Part shown: piece after piece, positions 38,001 to 47,919 of the stretch
Layout of the letters: every line of letters starts with the position of its first letter
Numbering within the stretch: position 1 is the stretch's first letter
Virus record (IMG/VR): IMGVR_UViG_3300028920_000008
Location: 1-50,071 of that record
Length of the DNA stretch: 50,071 nt
Reading direction: 5' to 3' (one strand)
From: a virus
Taxonomy: Duplodnaviria; Caudoviricetes
Translations under genes and position numbers: made by a program
The notes under the pieces: generated by a model
What the model was told of the DNA's origin: nothing
The model's database searches: none
What the model saw: the letters and a program-made list of their open reading frames with translations, nothing else

Positions 38001-39754
38001 AGAAATACAGCTATCGCCTCAACTCTGACGGTAGACGCTGTAGATCCGCGTTGCGTCATTGATGAAAAGTCTTTGTTGCATACCCAAAACTCAGACCCAG
38101 TTGTTGTTGGATTATTTGTGTTGTTTCTATTTCTTTCTTTTATGAATAATATTTTTTGAACACCAGAATCATCAAATAGCAATAGGCTTCTTATTACGCC
38201 AGCCCAATATGAAGATGCATCTATAACATCATAATAATCATAAGTATATCCTGTTGTCACCCCGTTGTATATTGATGCCCAAAACCCGAGACTATATACA
38301 TGTGATGCTGTATAAGTATTTTTCTCGTATTTTGTTTCGTTTATTGTTACATTTGGGCCAACAAGAGCAGCCCATCCACTTCCGTCTTTCGGCAATTTAT
38401 ACAATAATGATTCTCCAACCCATGCGGCACTTCCAAGCGGAGATGGCTCTGTAAATATCTGATTGCAAACAGTAGATACTGAGATATAAAGATTTTCTCC
38501 ATCGACGGCCATTCCATAGCAGGCACGTACTGTGCGTTGAAACGTGTTGTTATTATTTATATGGGTGAAATTTGCAGAATAAAATGCACCAGTAAAATTT
38601 AGATCATATCCAGCAGATGGATCATAGACAACAGCCTGTGGGACTGCGTATATTCTGCCTACATACTCATCACCCTCTCCAGATGTAAGCATTTTCCTTA
38701 TTTCTATATACCCACCCTCAAATGTATTTGGTGCATATATCTTTTTTGAGTAGTATATGTAATTTCCGTCGGTACAAAAAGAATGTGTCTTTACGCCATC
38801 TATAAGTTTCTTTGGAATGGCAGGTTCAAGATATGTTTCTCCTACTATTTCAGACGAAACCGTTACAATCTCAGGATCTTCAGACTTTACTATTTGAATC
38901 AGCATGTCCCCGTCTTGCCTACATATATATTTATCAATTATTTCATGGATCTGACCGCCTTCAACAAGCGGGACTTGATAGATTGTCTTTGCAACCCATC
39001 CGGATTCACCGGCAAGAAGATTTACAGACCACTTTCTTACATTAAAAGACGCAAGAAGGATCCAATTTTTTTCTTCCCAATCAGGGCCGAGAAATCTTAT
39101 TTCAACGGTGACACGAACACCGGCCCTTTTTGGTATTGCGGCAGACCCAGATATTGTTCCGGTTGGGCTTGTCTTTGTTTGAATATATCTGGGAAGGGTG
39201 AGAGTCTTTTGCTTGCCCCAACTTCCGTCCATGTTGTTTATAGATATAGAAACAAATGGCAACCTAATAGAGCCAAGCATATCTCCGCAGTTATTTTCTA
39301 TCCTTATGTCGTTTCCTATATAATCAGAAATATCCGACCATGCTTCTGCATTTATCCAGACGTAAGATGGGTGTGTTGTGTCTGTCGGGTCTGATTCTTT
39401 GTATTCTGTAAATCTAAACTTTTTGCCCCAAACAGAATATTTCAAAGCTATGTTTGTTGATCCGCCATGCTTGATTGTTTTTGCAACAACCCAATTACCA
39501 TCTATGTCCTCATACTCTGCCTTTATTACATCGTACCCACTAGAAATTACAAGCGAAAAAGACTTTAGCCAAATCTCCGTAGTTATTGAATATTCACCGC
39601 TTGAAGATGAATAATCTGTCGGGGTTCCCGATTCGTACGTAGATGGAGATGCCTCGCTGTACATCTTTACGCGCACTTCGTACTTTTTTGTAAAGCGTTC
39701 TATTTCAGATATTTCTGTACTTGTCAGATTTGAAGGCAGTAATGTTCCCATCAA
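35063..39754 (-). CDS. Large tail tip/hub and receptor-binding protein
   Basis: 1563 aa, S/T/Y/G-rich; hub-like C-terminus (VDNDLIQ...PFDPRLRPGAIV); last late gene. Confidence 0.75.
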   Translation of the reverse strand: MMGTLLPSNLTSTEISEIERFTKKYEVRVKMYSEASPSTYESGTPTDYSSSSGEYSITTEIWLKSFSLVISSGYDVIKAEYEDIDGNWVVAKTIKHGGSTNIALKYSVWGKKFRFTEYKESDPTDTTHPSYVWINAEAWSDISDYIGNDIRIENNCGDMLGSIRLPFVSISINNMDGSWGKQKTLTLPRYIQTKTSPTGTISGSAAIPKRAGVRVTVEIRFLGPDWEEKNWILLASFNVRKWSVNLLAGESGWVAKTIYQVPLVEGGQIHEIIDKYICRQDGDMLIQIVKSEDPEIVTVSSEIVGETYLEPAIPKKLIDGVKTHSFCTDGNYIYYSKKIYAPNTFEGGYIEIRKMLTSGEGDEYVGRIYAVPQAVVYDPSAGYDLNFTGAFYSANFTHINNNNTFQRTVRACYGMAVDGENLYISVSTVCNQIFTEPSPLGSAAWVGESLLYKLPKDGSGWAALVGPNVTINETKYEKNTYTASHVYSLGFWASIYNGVTTGYTYDYYDVIDASSYWAGVIRSLLLFDDSGVQKILFIKERNRNNTNNPTTTGSEFWVCNKDFSSMTQRGSTASTVRVEAIAVFLDSLMFVHWSTWSSGVLQSRYLGLLERSYSGDFSIASYGSAMLSEWFYSMQFILNGIYAAGNYYDGGVYNYTNESEAADGIKEKYNCVFQLGGFNICHYQHEERNDFLSNPEPNIMIGGNPISYDVAKYLGEYVDGEHYVTMGWALNLKTGELILRQAYASLDPLEVTASYDFYRSVMFYQADAESRLDDNGLGKLASASDRNYFINEAGMIERLKFIETQEIPVRHVINDYSEVSEDLGEKTDGGIYGLRLSYDYVSSNDCLTSFQFTPKFDGYLESFRIPVKILKSGTVPGGSDIPIDVDIYIADETTGEVDYMSTDGNKPVSPPTSADIQTLISDTMYISVARATKLISGSTYDSDYYWMSFDLSSASHKVYADKNYGLIIRCASTGTYLQYRILAKIVSNSNNRFITYQSGITNGSSITAISSSSWVMGAIDTSPSVAIGVVQMKRTKQELKSVDIVDSLNPNISSGFSSIDAGDDTSIRVRNSDLTVEYDRGASDDYQITYSGGRFYVDFDISGSAILDSIDNVVIVSWFDSKTDLLTLTDIDDIVEEQSEFGDHTTYLRTIVKGTKLSPTDAPARINKRFDLYPGILLGIESENMHQQKAEASSMYDWNEKTKTWDLRDANSENSSKFDFEFKDPFVTGTTGYIVRTGKGLSSDKIASGTANYLSTHDVPLFYRVNASVGFADDSYHVMLHPSCYKEWRLATSADYPDMSGNCVGTAPTSASDVKTSDHFYLKHMNNAFGESQAQYIAYESEEKRFYVDANGVLIEDDSYDPLGPKNHLGSVFPSKIIYVLLTPSDLAGNPMFAAHGVSGKDGYDSSMSFNVKEYHACKIDRADISAFGVDVIYSNFGVKYKRFLEMQVTGYPVNKQLDIKAERRNDGYLHADAKTLLVDNDLIQVDAIANRTAMMLHDFWGKERIRFSKTVPFDPRLRPGAIVKVTSEFEGLDGNMFYVTNPKSLLSLSDGLKTVLGNFLQL

Positions 39755-41439
39755 ACTTCCTTGAGAGTAAATGTACCTTGCCAGAGAAAATCAGGCGCTT
39801 CTCTCCATGATATAGATCCTGTCGAATTTCCTTCTGGTGTAAGCGATTCTTCTTGCCCAGCCGTATTCCATGTGATACTGCCAGGAGAAACAATAAAATC
39901 AGAGAAATTGCATTGAGAGTCTATCATGCCAAATGCTTCTGTTCTTGCGTGTAAATCAGATATAAAGTTTTTCCAAGCAGACGACCCAATCATCGAAAGA
40001 ACACGCTCAACTTTTATTCCAGATCGCGGAACAAACTGAGTCATTATCCTTCCATTTGCATTTCTAAGGACGGCCTTTCCAAGCTCTGAATCAGATACTG
40101 TTATTGGATTTCCTGTTGCAAATCCAGACAAGTCCTGTGTTGGGGTTTGCGCTCCTTTTGTTTTTGATGTTGCGACCTCAAACTGATGAAACCCTATGCG
40201 TTTTATTTTTGCAGTCCCGCTCATGTCAATATAATTTGGCATGTTTAGCAGTATTCCAGCATATGTAAATGTTTCAAAATCACTTGCCCTTGCTGGAATG
40301 TTAGAGCAGTTGTGTATCGCAACATCATCTATTTTATACTCACACGCCTTAAAAGACGAATCATACTCAAGCTTAAATCTGACAGCAAATGATTTCGCGC
40401 CATCTGGCACTTCATGTTGACAGTCCCTACCAGCCGGATTGTCTCCGCTTTTTCTCTTTGCATCTATTGGATCGAAGTAGTTGATGAAATGGCGCTCTCT
40501 TGTCCATGAAGAATCCATGCCAAAATGCTTTGATAGTGTGTATGTGCCAAGACTAGATCCAGCATTTGAGTAATAAGTTATTGTTGTTTGATATCCATAT
40601 ATAGAGCTAAATCCGATCCTTTTTGTGTTATACTGAAAAAGGTATGTGGCATCATCAAGCGTTGCCCACTGTATTGTCCTTGACAACTGATCCTGTTGAT
40701 GCCCGCCCGTTCCAGAGTCGGTAAATAATTTCATATGATTGTTGTTTGTCCCAAAATCATTTATTGGGTCAGACGTTGACAGCACCTCATCAACGGCACC
40801 ATACCACAATCCATTGTCAAACGTGCCATCCCATCCAACAACATTTCTGCCAACACCACGAAAGCTAATTTTTATATACGGCCTGTCATAAGATATCGGA
40901 TCGTCTAGTGTAACTAGAATATATCTACCATCAAGACCGTCAGGCATGTCTTGATTCTGCCTTGAATACACCCTCTTTCCATCAACTAAATTCCAGATGC
41001 CCCTAGCATAAAATGCGAATGGTGATGTATAATAGTAAGGATAGCTATGATTATGTGACTGCGCTCCGACAGAAAAGTTTGAGTCTGTATACGATGTTAT
41101 TTTAAAATTTCTCATTGGATAGTTTGGGTCATTTTCTATTACAATAAAATCTATCTGGTTTTCTGTGTTATCATTAAATCCACTGGCAGCTATATCAAAC
41201 TTGACATCCATATAATTAGACCCACCAGATGGCGACATGTGCCCAATTTTCTCAAACTGGCAAAACGAGGATCTATTCCCATCTATCATGTGTGATGCAG
41301 GATATGATGAATTTATAGACGCAACGCCAGCGGTATAAGATCCGTTTATAAAAGATCCATACTTTGCAAGCGCATAGTTTTTAGAACAAAAAATAAATGG
41401 AAGAGGTCGATCCCCTGAAATTCTTATCGGGTTTGACAT
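39751..41439 (-). CDS. Distal tail-like protein with probable carbohydrate-binding inserts
   Basis: Follows the tape measure; YPASHMIDGN discoidin-like start; ends GTFTLKEV. Confidence 0.65.
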   Translation of the reverse strand: MSNPIRISGDRPLPFIFCSKNYALAKYGSFINGSYTAGVASINSSYPASHMIDGNRSSFCQFEKIGHMSPSGGSNYMDVKFDIAASGFNDNTENQIDFIVIENDPNYPMRNFKITSYTDSNFSVGAQSHNHSYPYYYTSPFAFYARGIWNLVDGKRVYSRQNQDMPDGLDGRYILVTLDDPISYDRPYIKISFRGVGRNVVGWDGTFDNGLWYGAVDEVLSTSDPINDFGTNNNHMKLFTDSGTGGHQQDQLSRTIQWATLDDATYLFQYNTKRIGFSSIYGYQTTITYYSNAGSSLGTYTLSKHFGMDSSWTRERHFINYFDPIDAKRKSGDNPAGRDCQHEVPDGAKSFAVRFKLEYDSSFKACEYKIDDVAIHNCSNIPARASDFETFTYAGILLNMPNYIDMSGTAKIKRIGFHQFEVATSKTKGAQTPTQDLSGFATGNPITVSDSELGKAVLRNANGRIMTQFVPRSGIKVERVLSMIGSSAWKNFISDLHARTEAFGMIDSQCNFSDFIVSPGSITWNTAGQEESLTPEGNSTGSISWREAPDFLWQGTFTLKEV

Positions 41440-44400
41440 TATCCGTTCGCTTTCTGAAGTTCTTGCAATTCGTCAAATATCATTTCTGCAATATCTCTTT
41501 GCTGGTCTGCCGAAAGCTGCCTTGCATCAAGAAGCTGGAAGGTGGGAACAAGGGTTATTCTGTTGTTGATTACCCTTGCTTGCCCATAATCGGGCGACAC
41601 AGCCCTTGAGTTTTGTTCATCAAGATATTCTTGCTGGAGCGGTGCCCTTCTTTCTTCCTCTTTCCCAAATGCAGACTTTATTGCTCCGGCGAGGCCAACC
41701 GCAATCCCAACCACGCCAAATATCGCATTGACAGCAAGCGCGGTTCTTGCGGCCTGCGTTTCAACTTGTTCGAGTGCTATTATGTATTGAGTATATATAT
41801 TGATCAGGCCAGAAACGGCGTCTGCAACAGAGCTAAAGAAGCCAAGCATCTTTTCTTTTTCCTCATCGCCAGTAAACGCCTTGATCTGCTGAAATATGTT
41901 TGATATTTCATCTGCTGTTGCAGCTATTGCATCCGACTCTGTTTGTATCTCAAGCATAGCCTGTTTATATGTGTCTGCTAAAAGTCGAATCCTTTCGTTT
42001 GACTCATCAAGCGTTCTGTTTAGCTTTTCCTCTATTGATCTTTTTACGCCTTCTGTTGACTTGTCTACGTTCTGCTGGTATTGCGCCCAAGCATCTACGG
42101 CTGCGAGAATTATTTCTTCTCTAAGTTTTTGATTTGCCGCCCTTATGTCATCTATGTCCTTTATTACGGTTGGCGTTTGTGGCTTGCTTTGAAGTCCTTT
42201 TATTGTTTCTTCGTTTAATTTTATCTGCTCTTCTGCTCTTGCCTTCGTAGATTCAATAAGTTCGCGATCTGCTAAATAGTATTGCTCGACAATCTTTCGT
42301 ATAGATCCTTCCTCCAGATCTACTCTGTCTAGTATCGCTTTCCTTTGAACCTTTGTTATTTCGTTTACGGTAGCGCCATAGCTAGTGTACCTTGCCTGAA
42401 TATCACCCATTACCTGATCATTCGCGCTATTTAACAAGTTAAGATATCCAACTTGAGCATTCAGTCTTGCACTTGATGAATTTTTTATGTATTCGTTTAT
42501 TTCATCTTCTGCGCCTTCTATGAGGCCAGACTGAATATCTAATAGCTCCTTGAACGAATCAATATTTACACGCTCTGGAAGAATAGAGATCTCGCCCATC
42601 TCAGAGATCGGCTTTCCAGACTGGAGGAAATCAAATGCGGACTCTCCGCCGATTGTTGTTCTTATTAGTTTTTGCGCTAATTTATATTCGTTTAGTATTG
42701 CATCGTTTGCCTGTCTTACAGAATCGAGCCTGCTCTTGTTCCCTTGATTGAGAACAGCAAGTTTCTCCTCCTCTCCCTTTATGTAGATCTTTACCATATC
42801 CGCAATAAACTGTAGCTCATACTGTTTAATCAAATTGTCTGCATCTGCAATTACTGGTGGGATCTCTCTTATCTTATCCATCATTGCATTATATGCGCCA
42901 ATATATTGATATCTTATTTTCTCTTCTATAGCATCAATTGTTTCAGATGTCGATCTTTCAATAGAGGAAAGAACTCTTTCTATTTGTGTGTTTAATTCAT
43001 TTGTTCCAATGTCAACATCTTCGAGTGGTGCCAACAGTCCGGCGATCAAGCTTCTATCCCCAAACAAATCGTTAAATGCTCTTGTTAAATCTATCTCACG
43101 TCCAAACTCATCGATAACTTTTCTTGTAGTAGAGATCGCATCGCCAAAAGCTGTTACTGTATTCTTTGTTGCCGCCATCTCCTCTTGTTGTCTTTTGAGC
43201 GCGGCCTCATTATCTCTAAGCCCATTCTTCATCAGGCCAATTTCGTATTCAACCCTTGATATCTCCCCCGTCGCATACTTAAACGTAAGCGAAAGATTGT
43301 CCCATATCTTTTTTACGTTACTTAGCGTTTTTTCGTGATCATTAAATGTAAATCCAAGCTTCTTGGCAATTCCATCAAGCCCCCACATCTTTAGCTGCAT
43401 TCCAACTACGCCTCTTTGTCCAAGAAGCATCGCGGCGTTAACTGCGGTCATAACACCAATAAACCCTGCGGCAATCCTTGTGAAAGACTGTAGATTGGTA
43501 TTGATATCTTTAAGCATCGCACCATAGCCAACGCCACCAGTTAAGAATAGCTGGAAGAACATGCTTGCGATGTTTTGTAGGTTCTGAAATCTTTGCTCTT
43601 GCAGTTTTATGCTGTCAGAATTTGCTTCAAATGCATCTGCAAGATCCAGATTTGCTGTCTTTAGCTGTTCCTCTTTTTCAATAAGCTTGTCAATATCGTC
43701 TGCCATAGCGATTATTGACTTTTGGCTTCTGATGTTGTATGTCTGCAACAAGCGGAACATAACAATGCTTCTATCAGATGCCGCATCCATTTGCTGCCTT
43801 ATTGGGAGTACTACCTCTCTCAATAAGCTAAATCCGTCTGATAGCTCGCCTATTTCAATTCCAAAGTTTTTCTTTAGCTTTGCAGAGTTTTGGATTGTCT
43901 CTCTTAGCGCATTTGCATAAGATGTGCCGGCCTTAGACCCTTTGATCATTTGTGTGTTGAGTCCGGCAATTGATACAACAAGCTCCTCTACAGATATATT
44001 CATAGCTTTTGCTTGGTTTGCCGAGTATTGCAATCCAGCGGCAAGCTCTGTAATAAGGATCTGTTCTGTTTTGAAAACTCCGAAGAAAACACTTGCAAGA
44101 TGCTCCGCTCGCTCCATAGCATCTGCGCCGTCTTTTATTGATTCGCCGTAGATATTCAGAAGCCCAACAAATGTTTCTACTAATTGTTTGTTGTCTCCCA
44201 TTGTTGTTGTCATATCTTTTGATGTTGCAACAACAAGCTTCTGAACAGCTTCAACTTCTTGAAGGATCTGTGCGTGATTTCTTCCAGCAGACGCGAGATA
44301 GAACATTGTGTCAGAAAGCTGCTCAATAGACACGCCATAAGATGCAGCAAAGTTTAGCATCTCAAGCCTTAGATCTATCATGGCGTTTCTTATGCTACCA

Positions 44401-44873
44401 AACGCCGGGACAACTATTCCCTCTAGCTTTCTTGATGCGGTATCAAACTCTCTTGTAGCATCCTTCATTGACTGGGTAAAACGCCTTATTGCGTCTATTG
44501 CGCCAAAAAGAATAATCATAGTGCCAAATCTAGAAATCATAATGCTCATGGCTGTATTCAAAAACCCAACAGCCGAGAACATATCTTTTAATAGTATGAG
44601 CATTCCCTTTGCCGCTTGCGATGCGCTTTCAAATCCCTGCCTCATAGCAAGCATTCTTACGCTGTTTATCGCAAACTCTCTATTTCCTTGCTTTAAGGCA
44701 AGTGAAGCAGCATCCATATCGTGTGTTATTCCACGCATCGATGTTGAAAGGCCAGATTGAGCAATTGCCGCGCCCTGTTTATTGAGCGCGGCAAGTTGCT
44801 GTTTTACAACCTGGACATTCTGATCGGGAATTTTTCCAAGATATGTTTCAATCGTTATTCTTGGATTTGGCAA
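41439..44873 (-). CDS. Tail tape measure protein
   Basis: 1144 aa, helical; LASAG...GSKAGTSYANAL core typical of TP901-type TMPs. Confidence 0.9.
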   Translation of the reverse strand: MPNPRITIETYLGKIPDQNVQVVKQQLAALNKQGAAIAQSGLSTSMRGITHDMDAASLALKQGNREFAINSVRMLAMRQGFESASQAAKGMLILLKDMFSAVGFLNTAMSIMISRFGTMIILFGAIDAIRRFTQSMKDATREFDTASRKLEGIVVPAFGSIRNAMIDLRLEMLNFAASYGVSIEQLSDTMFYLASAGRNHAQILQEVEAVQKLVVATSKDMTTTMGDNKQLVETFVGLLNIYGESIKDGADAMERAEHLASVFFGVFKTEQILITELAAGLQYSANQAKAMNISVEELVVSIAGLNTQMIKGSKAGTSYANALRETIQNSAKLKKNFGIEIGELSDGFSLLREVVLPIRQQMDAASDRSIVMFRLLQTYNIRSQKSIIAMADDIDKLIEKEEQLKTANLDLADAFEANSDSIKLQEQRFQNLQNIASMFFQLFLTGGVGYGAMLKDINTNLQSFTRIAAGFIGVMTAVNAAMLLGQRGVVGMQLKMWGLDGIAKKLGFTFNDHEKTLSNVKKIWDNLSLTFKYATGEISRVEYEIGLMKNGLRDNEAALKRQQEEMAATKNTVTAFGDAISTTRKVIDEFGREIDLTRAFNDLFGDRSLIAGLLAPLEDVDIGTNELNTQIERVLSSIERSTSETIDAIEEKIRYQYIGAYNAMMDKIREIPPVIADADNLIKQYELQFIADMVKIYIKGEEEKLAVLNQGNKSRLDSVRQANDAILNEYKLAQKLIRTTIGGESAFDFLQSGKPISEMGEISILPERVNIDSFKELLDIQSGLIEGAEDEINEYIKNSSSARLNAQVGYLNLLNSANDQVMGDIQARYTSYGATVNEITKVQRKAILDRVDLEEGSIRKIVEQYYLADRELIESTKARAEEQIKLNEETIKGLQSKPQTPTVIKDIDDIRAANQKLREEIILAAVDAWAQYQQNVDKSTEGVKRSIEEKLNRTLDESNERIRLLADTYKQAMLEIQTESDAIAATADEISNIFQQIKAFTGDEEKEKMLGFFSSVADAVSGLINIYTQYIIALEQVETQAARTALAVNAIFGVVGIAVGLAGAIKSAFGKEEERRAPLQQEYLDEQNSRAVSPDYGQARVINNRITLVPTFQLLDARQLSADQQRDIAEMIFDELQELQKANG

Positions 44874-45183
44874 TTTGCTCCTCGTATTCTTTTGTTGTCA
44901 ACAACGTAACTATTGCATTTGCATCTTCTGGAAATTTTGCAGCAAACAATATGTCATTGACATTTTTTGATCCAATTACAAGATTGCCGCCTTGTTTTTT
45001 ACTTGCCATCTCTTGTTGCCTAATATGCTCTTTTTCTATCTCATTGTCATAAACCAAAGATTGTGCGCATATCTCTTTCACTGGCTGAGAAAAAAGCTCG
45101 TCAATAGAAAACTTGCGACCATACAGAATTTCCATCATATGGCATCCACCGGCCATTCCGTACTTCACAAGCTGAAAGGCCAT
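44848..45183 (-). CDS. Tail assembly chaperone, frameshift extension (gpT-like)
   Basis: In the -1 frame of the upstream ORF and open from the slippery site. Confidence 0.7.
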   Translation of the reverse strand: MAFQLVKYGMAGGCHMMEILYGRKFSIDELFSQPVKEICAQSLVYDNEIEKEHIRQQEMASKKQGGNLVIGSKNVNDILFAAKFPEDANAIVTLLTTKEYEEQIAKSKNND

Positions 45184-45203
45184 CCTGACCGATGGATGCC
45201 TTG

Positions 45204-45662
45204 CTACTTTTTTGCTTCACCCTCAGCTATGACATATCTGTTTTGCCCAACAATCATTCTTAGGGCGTTAAACAGATCGCTTGGGCACCTGTCCATCACT
45301 TCGGATGCAGACTCGAAAACCTTTTCGGTTTCGTCGTTCGGATTTCCGCTATCCGGTGGATAGTAAACACTGGAGGATATCAATGTAGCGTCGTATTCAA
45401 ACGCAAGCTGAAACGCCTCGTTTCTCTTTTCGTCATCAAGATCTGACATTTTCTTGCCAATAATATCGGCCTTCCCTTCAAATCTCTTGTTGACAAATTC
45501 CATAATCTTGATCGTATCTTTTGGAGATGGCTTTCTAATGAGAACCGTAACTTCAATCGTGCCTCCGATTTCTTCAGGATCAGGAATTGCTACGTTCATA
45601 ATCCTGTTTTTCGAATCGATGAAATCTCCAACTGCTATAACTTTTTTCTTCTTCTCGCTCAT
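45204..45662 (-). CDS. Tail assembly chaperone (gpG-like)
   Basis: Between tail protein and tape measure; ends at the slippery site. Confidence 0.75.
   Translation of the reverse strand: MSEKKKKVIAVGDFIDSKNRIMNVAIPDPEEIGGTIEVTVLIRKPSPKDTIKIMEFVNKRFEGKADIIGKKMSDLDDEKRNEAFQLAFEYDATLISSSVYYPPDSGNPNDETEKVFESASEVMDRCPSDLFNALRMIVGQNRYVIAEGEAKK
45207..45213 (-). other. -1 programmed frameshift site A AAA AAG
   Basis: GCA AAA AAG TAG; the -1 frame reads AAA AAA GTA GCA...ATG GCC TTT; GGCATCC...GGATGGCC hairpin just 3'. Confidence 0.8.
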
Positions 45663-45694
45663 TGATATCCTCCTCGTGTTTGTTTGTATCTATC

Positions 45695-46621
45695 CTAGCT
45701 TGTCAGGAACGCCGAGTAATCAGGATGCGGATGCTTCGATCTGAACTCAACCGTCTGGAGAATGGGATCTGAGGCATCACCGCTAATATTGCTAGGAGGC
45801 GCGATATTCGTCAACTGGCAATGATAGATGTAATATGCCGAACCCCAAACATAACCCGGATCTCCTTGACTGTATGGCTTTCCGGATTTTGTAACAATAC
45901 AGATACCAAACGGTTTCGAGTTGTAGTTTAGCCGAATCCTGTCATTGAAGTCCGGATTCTGCGTCCAGTCGCTTCCGTAGATTCTTGCGAAAAGCTCATC
46001 TCCGGCATAGTTTCTTGGCGTTGTGTCGCCATCAAACATGATCGAAGTAAGCGACAGAATCATCGAAAGAGATCCGGTGGCCTCTGCATCTCCTCGCGTT
46101 TCAGTAGAAACAACAGGCTCAACATGACCGACAGCCTTGTAAGAGCTTGATTCAATCGGAAGAGAAACTCCACCGACCTCTGCGCTTTGCAAGATGCCAA
46201 GAACATGATCGCTGTAATACACAACGTAATCACTGGCATCCGTTCCGTATGTTGTCGTTGTTCCAGAAACGAGAGTAATTTCCCCACTTGAGGTTGCAAC
46301 GCTATCATACAAAGAATACGGAATTGGTTCGCCCTTATAAAGAACGAGCGGATGTGCAATTTCAGCGGTGATGTTTCCAAGCGTAAGCTCTATTGTCCTG
46401 CCTGTCCCACCATCATCGCTGATGGTGAGAGATGTGCCAGTTACGCCAAGCCCCATCTCATCAATAACGGGAGACTGAGCAACCATTAGATGCTTTTTCA
46501 GCTCTGTCTCGTAAGCTGCTCTGTCTGCTGTGAAATCATTTTCATCCCCATCGTAAGAGAAAACATAGACATAGGTATTGTCAGCTTTCCCGGGGATAAC
46601 TGCAAATGGGCGTTTATCCAT
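45695..46621 (-). CDS. Major tail (tube) protein
   Basis: Synteny before the chaperone and TMP; beta-rich. Confidence 0.65.
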   Translation of the reverse strand: MDKRPFAVIPGKADNTYVYVFSYDGDENDFTADRAAYETELKKHLMVAQSPVIDEMGLGVTGTSLTISDDGGTGRTIELTLGNITAEIAHPLVLYKGEPIPYSLYDSVATSSGEITLVSGTTTTYGTDASDYVVYYSDHVLGILQSAEVGGVSLPIESSSYKAVGHVEPVVSTETRGDAEATGSLSMILSLTSIMFDGDTTPRNYAGDELFARIYGSDWTQNPDFNDRIRLNYNSKPFGICIVTKSGKPYSQGDPGYVWGSAYYIYHCQLTNIAPPSNISGDASDPILQTVEFRSKHPHPDYSAFLTS

Positions 46622-46826
46622 CTGCTTCCTCCTTTTCGGTAATTTCGCCCGGAATAATTGTTATAGAAGAAACCTTTTCATTCTCGATCACTTTCTGCTT
46701 GATCTTGCTTGAGTGAACTGGCCCCATTTTAGATCCTTTTGCGTTCTCAAAAGTGACAAAAACATTTCCAGCTATCAATCCACTCATTTCAACAAGATCT
46801 TCAATGAACGTCTTTATGTCCATCAC
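46614..46826 (-). CDS. Hypothetical protein
   Basis: AGGAG RBS. Confidence 0.55.
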   Translation of the reverse strand: MMDIKTFIEDLVEMSGLIAGNVFVTFENAKGSKMGPVHSSKIKQKVIENEKVSSITIIPGEITEKEEADG

Positions 46827-46832
46827 GATCTC

Positions 46833-47372
46833 CTATATGTTAAAGTTTACGTCGTACGTGAACTCGATAGCATTTACCCTGCTGTTACTCATAACATCTT
46901 TGCTTGGTATGCTTTCGATCAGCTTCATAGAAAACGCCTTCCCAGATGGCACAGGAACAATATCTGGAGAAGAAAAATTATAGATCTGGAGCGAGTTGCT
47001 TTGGTCTAACTTTGTAAAGTTTTCTACGATTAAGTCGTGAATAAAAAGCAATTGTCTATTTGTGCTTTGTACTCCAAACTTTGCTCTTGGGTCTAGTCTT
47101 ATAATCTTGCCTACATATCTTACAACAAAAAGATCCATAAGACCTTCTGGCTCTGTTCTTTTTCCTAGATAGTCAACGCCAAATGCCGGTCTTTCTGCGC
47201 TATCAATATCAAGAGAGTCATAAAAATGATCATCTTCTAATCCGTCCGGCAATTCTTCGTCGAATATTCCAGACCTGTTAATGATGTGCTGTATATGTTT
47301 TAGTATAGTCCACTTTATATTATATGCTCTTTCTTTTTCATCAACAGGATATGAGAATAAATTAGTAGGCAC
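46833..47372 (-). CDS. Putative tail terminator/completion protein
   Basis: Synteny and size. Confidence 0.5.
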   Translation of the reverse strand: MPTNLFSYPVDEKERAYNIKWTILKHIQHIINRSGIFDEELPDGLEDDHFYDSLDIDSAERPAFGVDYLGKRTEPEGLMDLFVVRYVGKIIRLDPRAKFGVQSTNRQLLFIHDLIVENFTKLDQSNSLQIYNFSSPDIVPVPSGKAFSMKLIESIPSKDVMSNSRVNAIEFTYDVNFNI

Positions 47373-47919
47373 GACATACCCCGCTTGTTAGTTGTGATAG
47401 CTTTAATATAAGATTTGAAAGGTCTGGTTCGTATCTTATATTTCCACCACCATCTGTTCCAAAATTGACCCGCGTATTCAGTGCTTCCTCGATAGATGTT
47501 GCAAGCGCCCTCCTCCTTGCAGATCTGTTTGATAGATATGTTTGTCCATATCTTGAATACAAATCCACTGGAACGCGAGAACACTTTGCGTTTCCCCTGT
47601 CATCAAAATGCTCGCGTCTTGATGTGTGAACATTGTCGGTTGCGTCAAATTCCTGGTGATACGCTTGGTTGTTTGATGTTGGAGAATATCCACAAACAAA
47701 TCTAGTAGAACCCCTTGAGTGTCTTGCTATCTTCATAAACAGCTTAGATCTAAGCTCTCCAGTTGCAACCATCGTCCTTGCCCTGGTAAGCTTTTCTATT
47801 CTTTCAAATCTTCCTTGCACATAATCTTCCTGAAATTCAAACACAAGATCACATATACCCTTAATATCCTTAACTGCCATAACAATACTTCTTGGAGATA
47901 TTGCGTATCTAGTCAACAT
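47362..47919 (-). CDS. Neck protein (HK97 gp10-like)
   Basis: VATGELRS...AYHQEF motif. Confidence 0.55.
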   Translation of the reverse strand: MLTRYAISPRSIVMAVKDIKGICDLVFEFQEDYVQGRFERIEKLTRARTMVATGELRSKLFMKIARHSRGSTRFVCGYSPTSNNQAYHQEFDATDNVHTSRREHFDDRGNAKCSRVPVDLYSRYGQTYLSNRSARRRALATSIEEALNTRVNFGTDGGGNIRYEPDLSNLILKLSQLTSGVCRAY

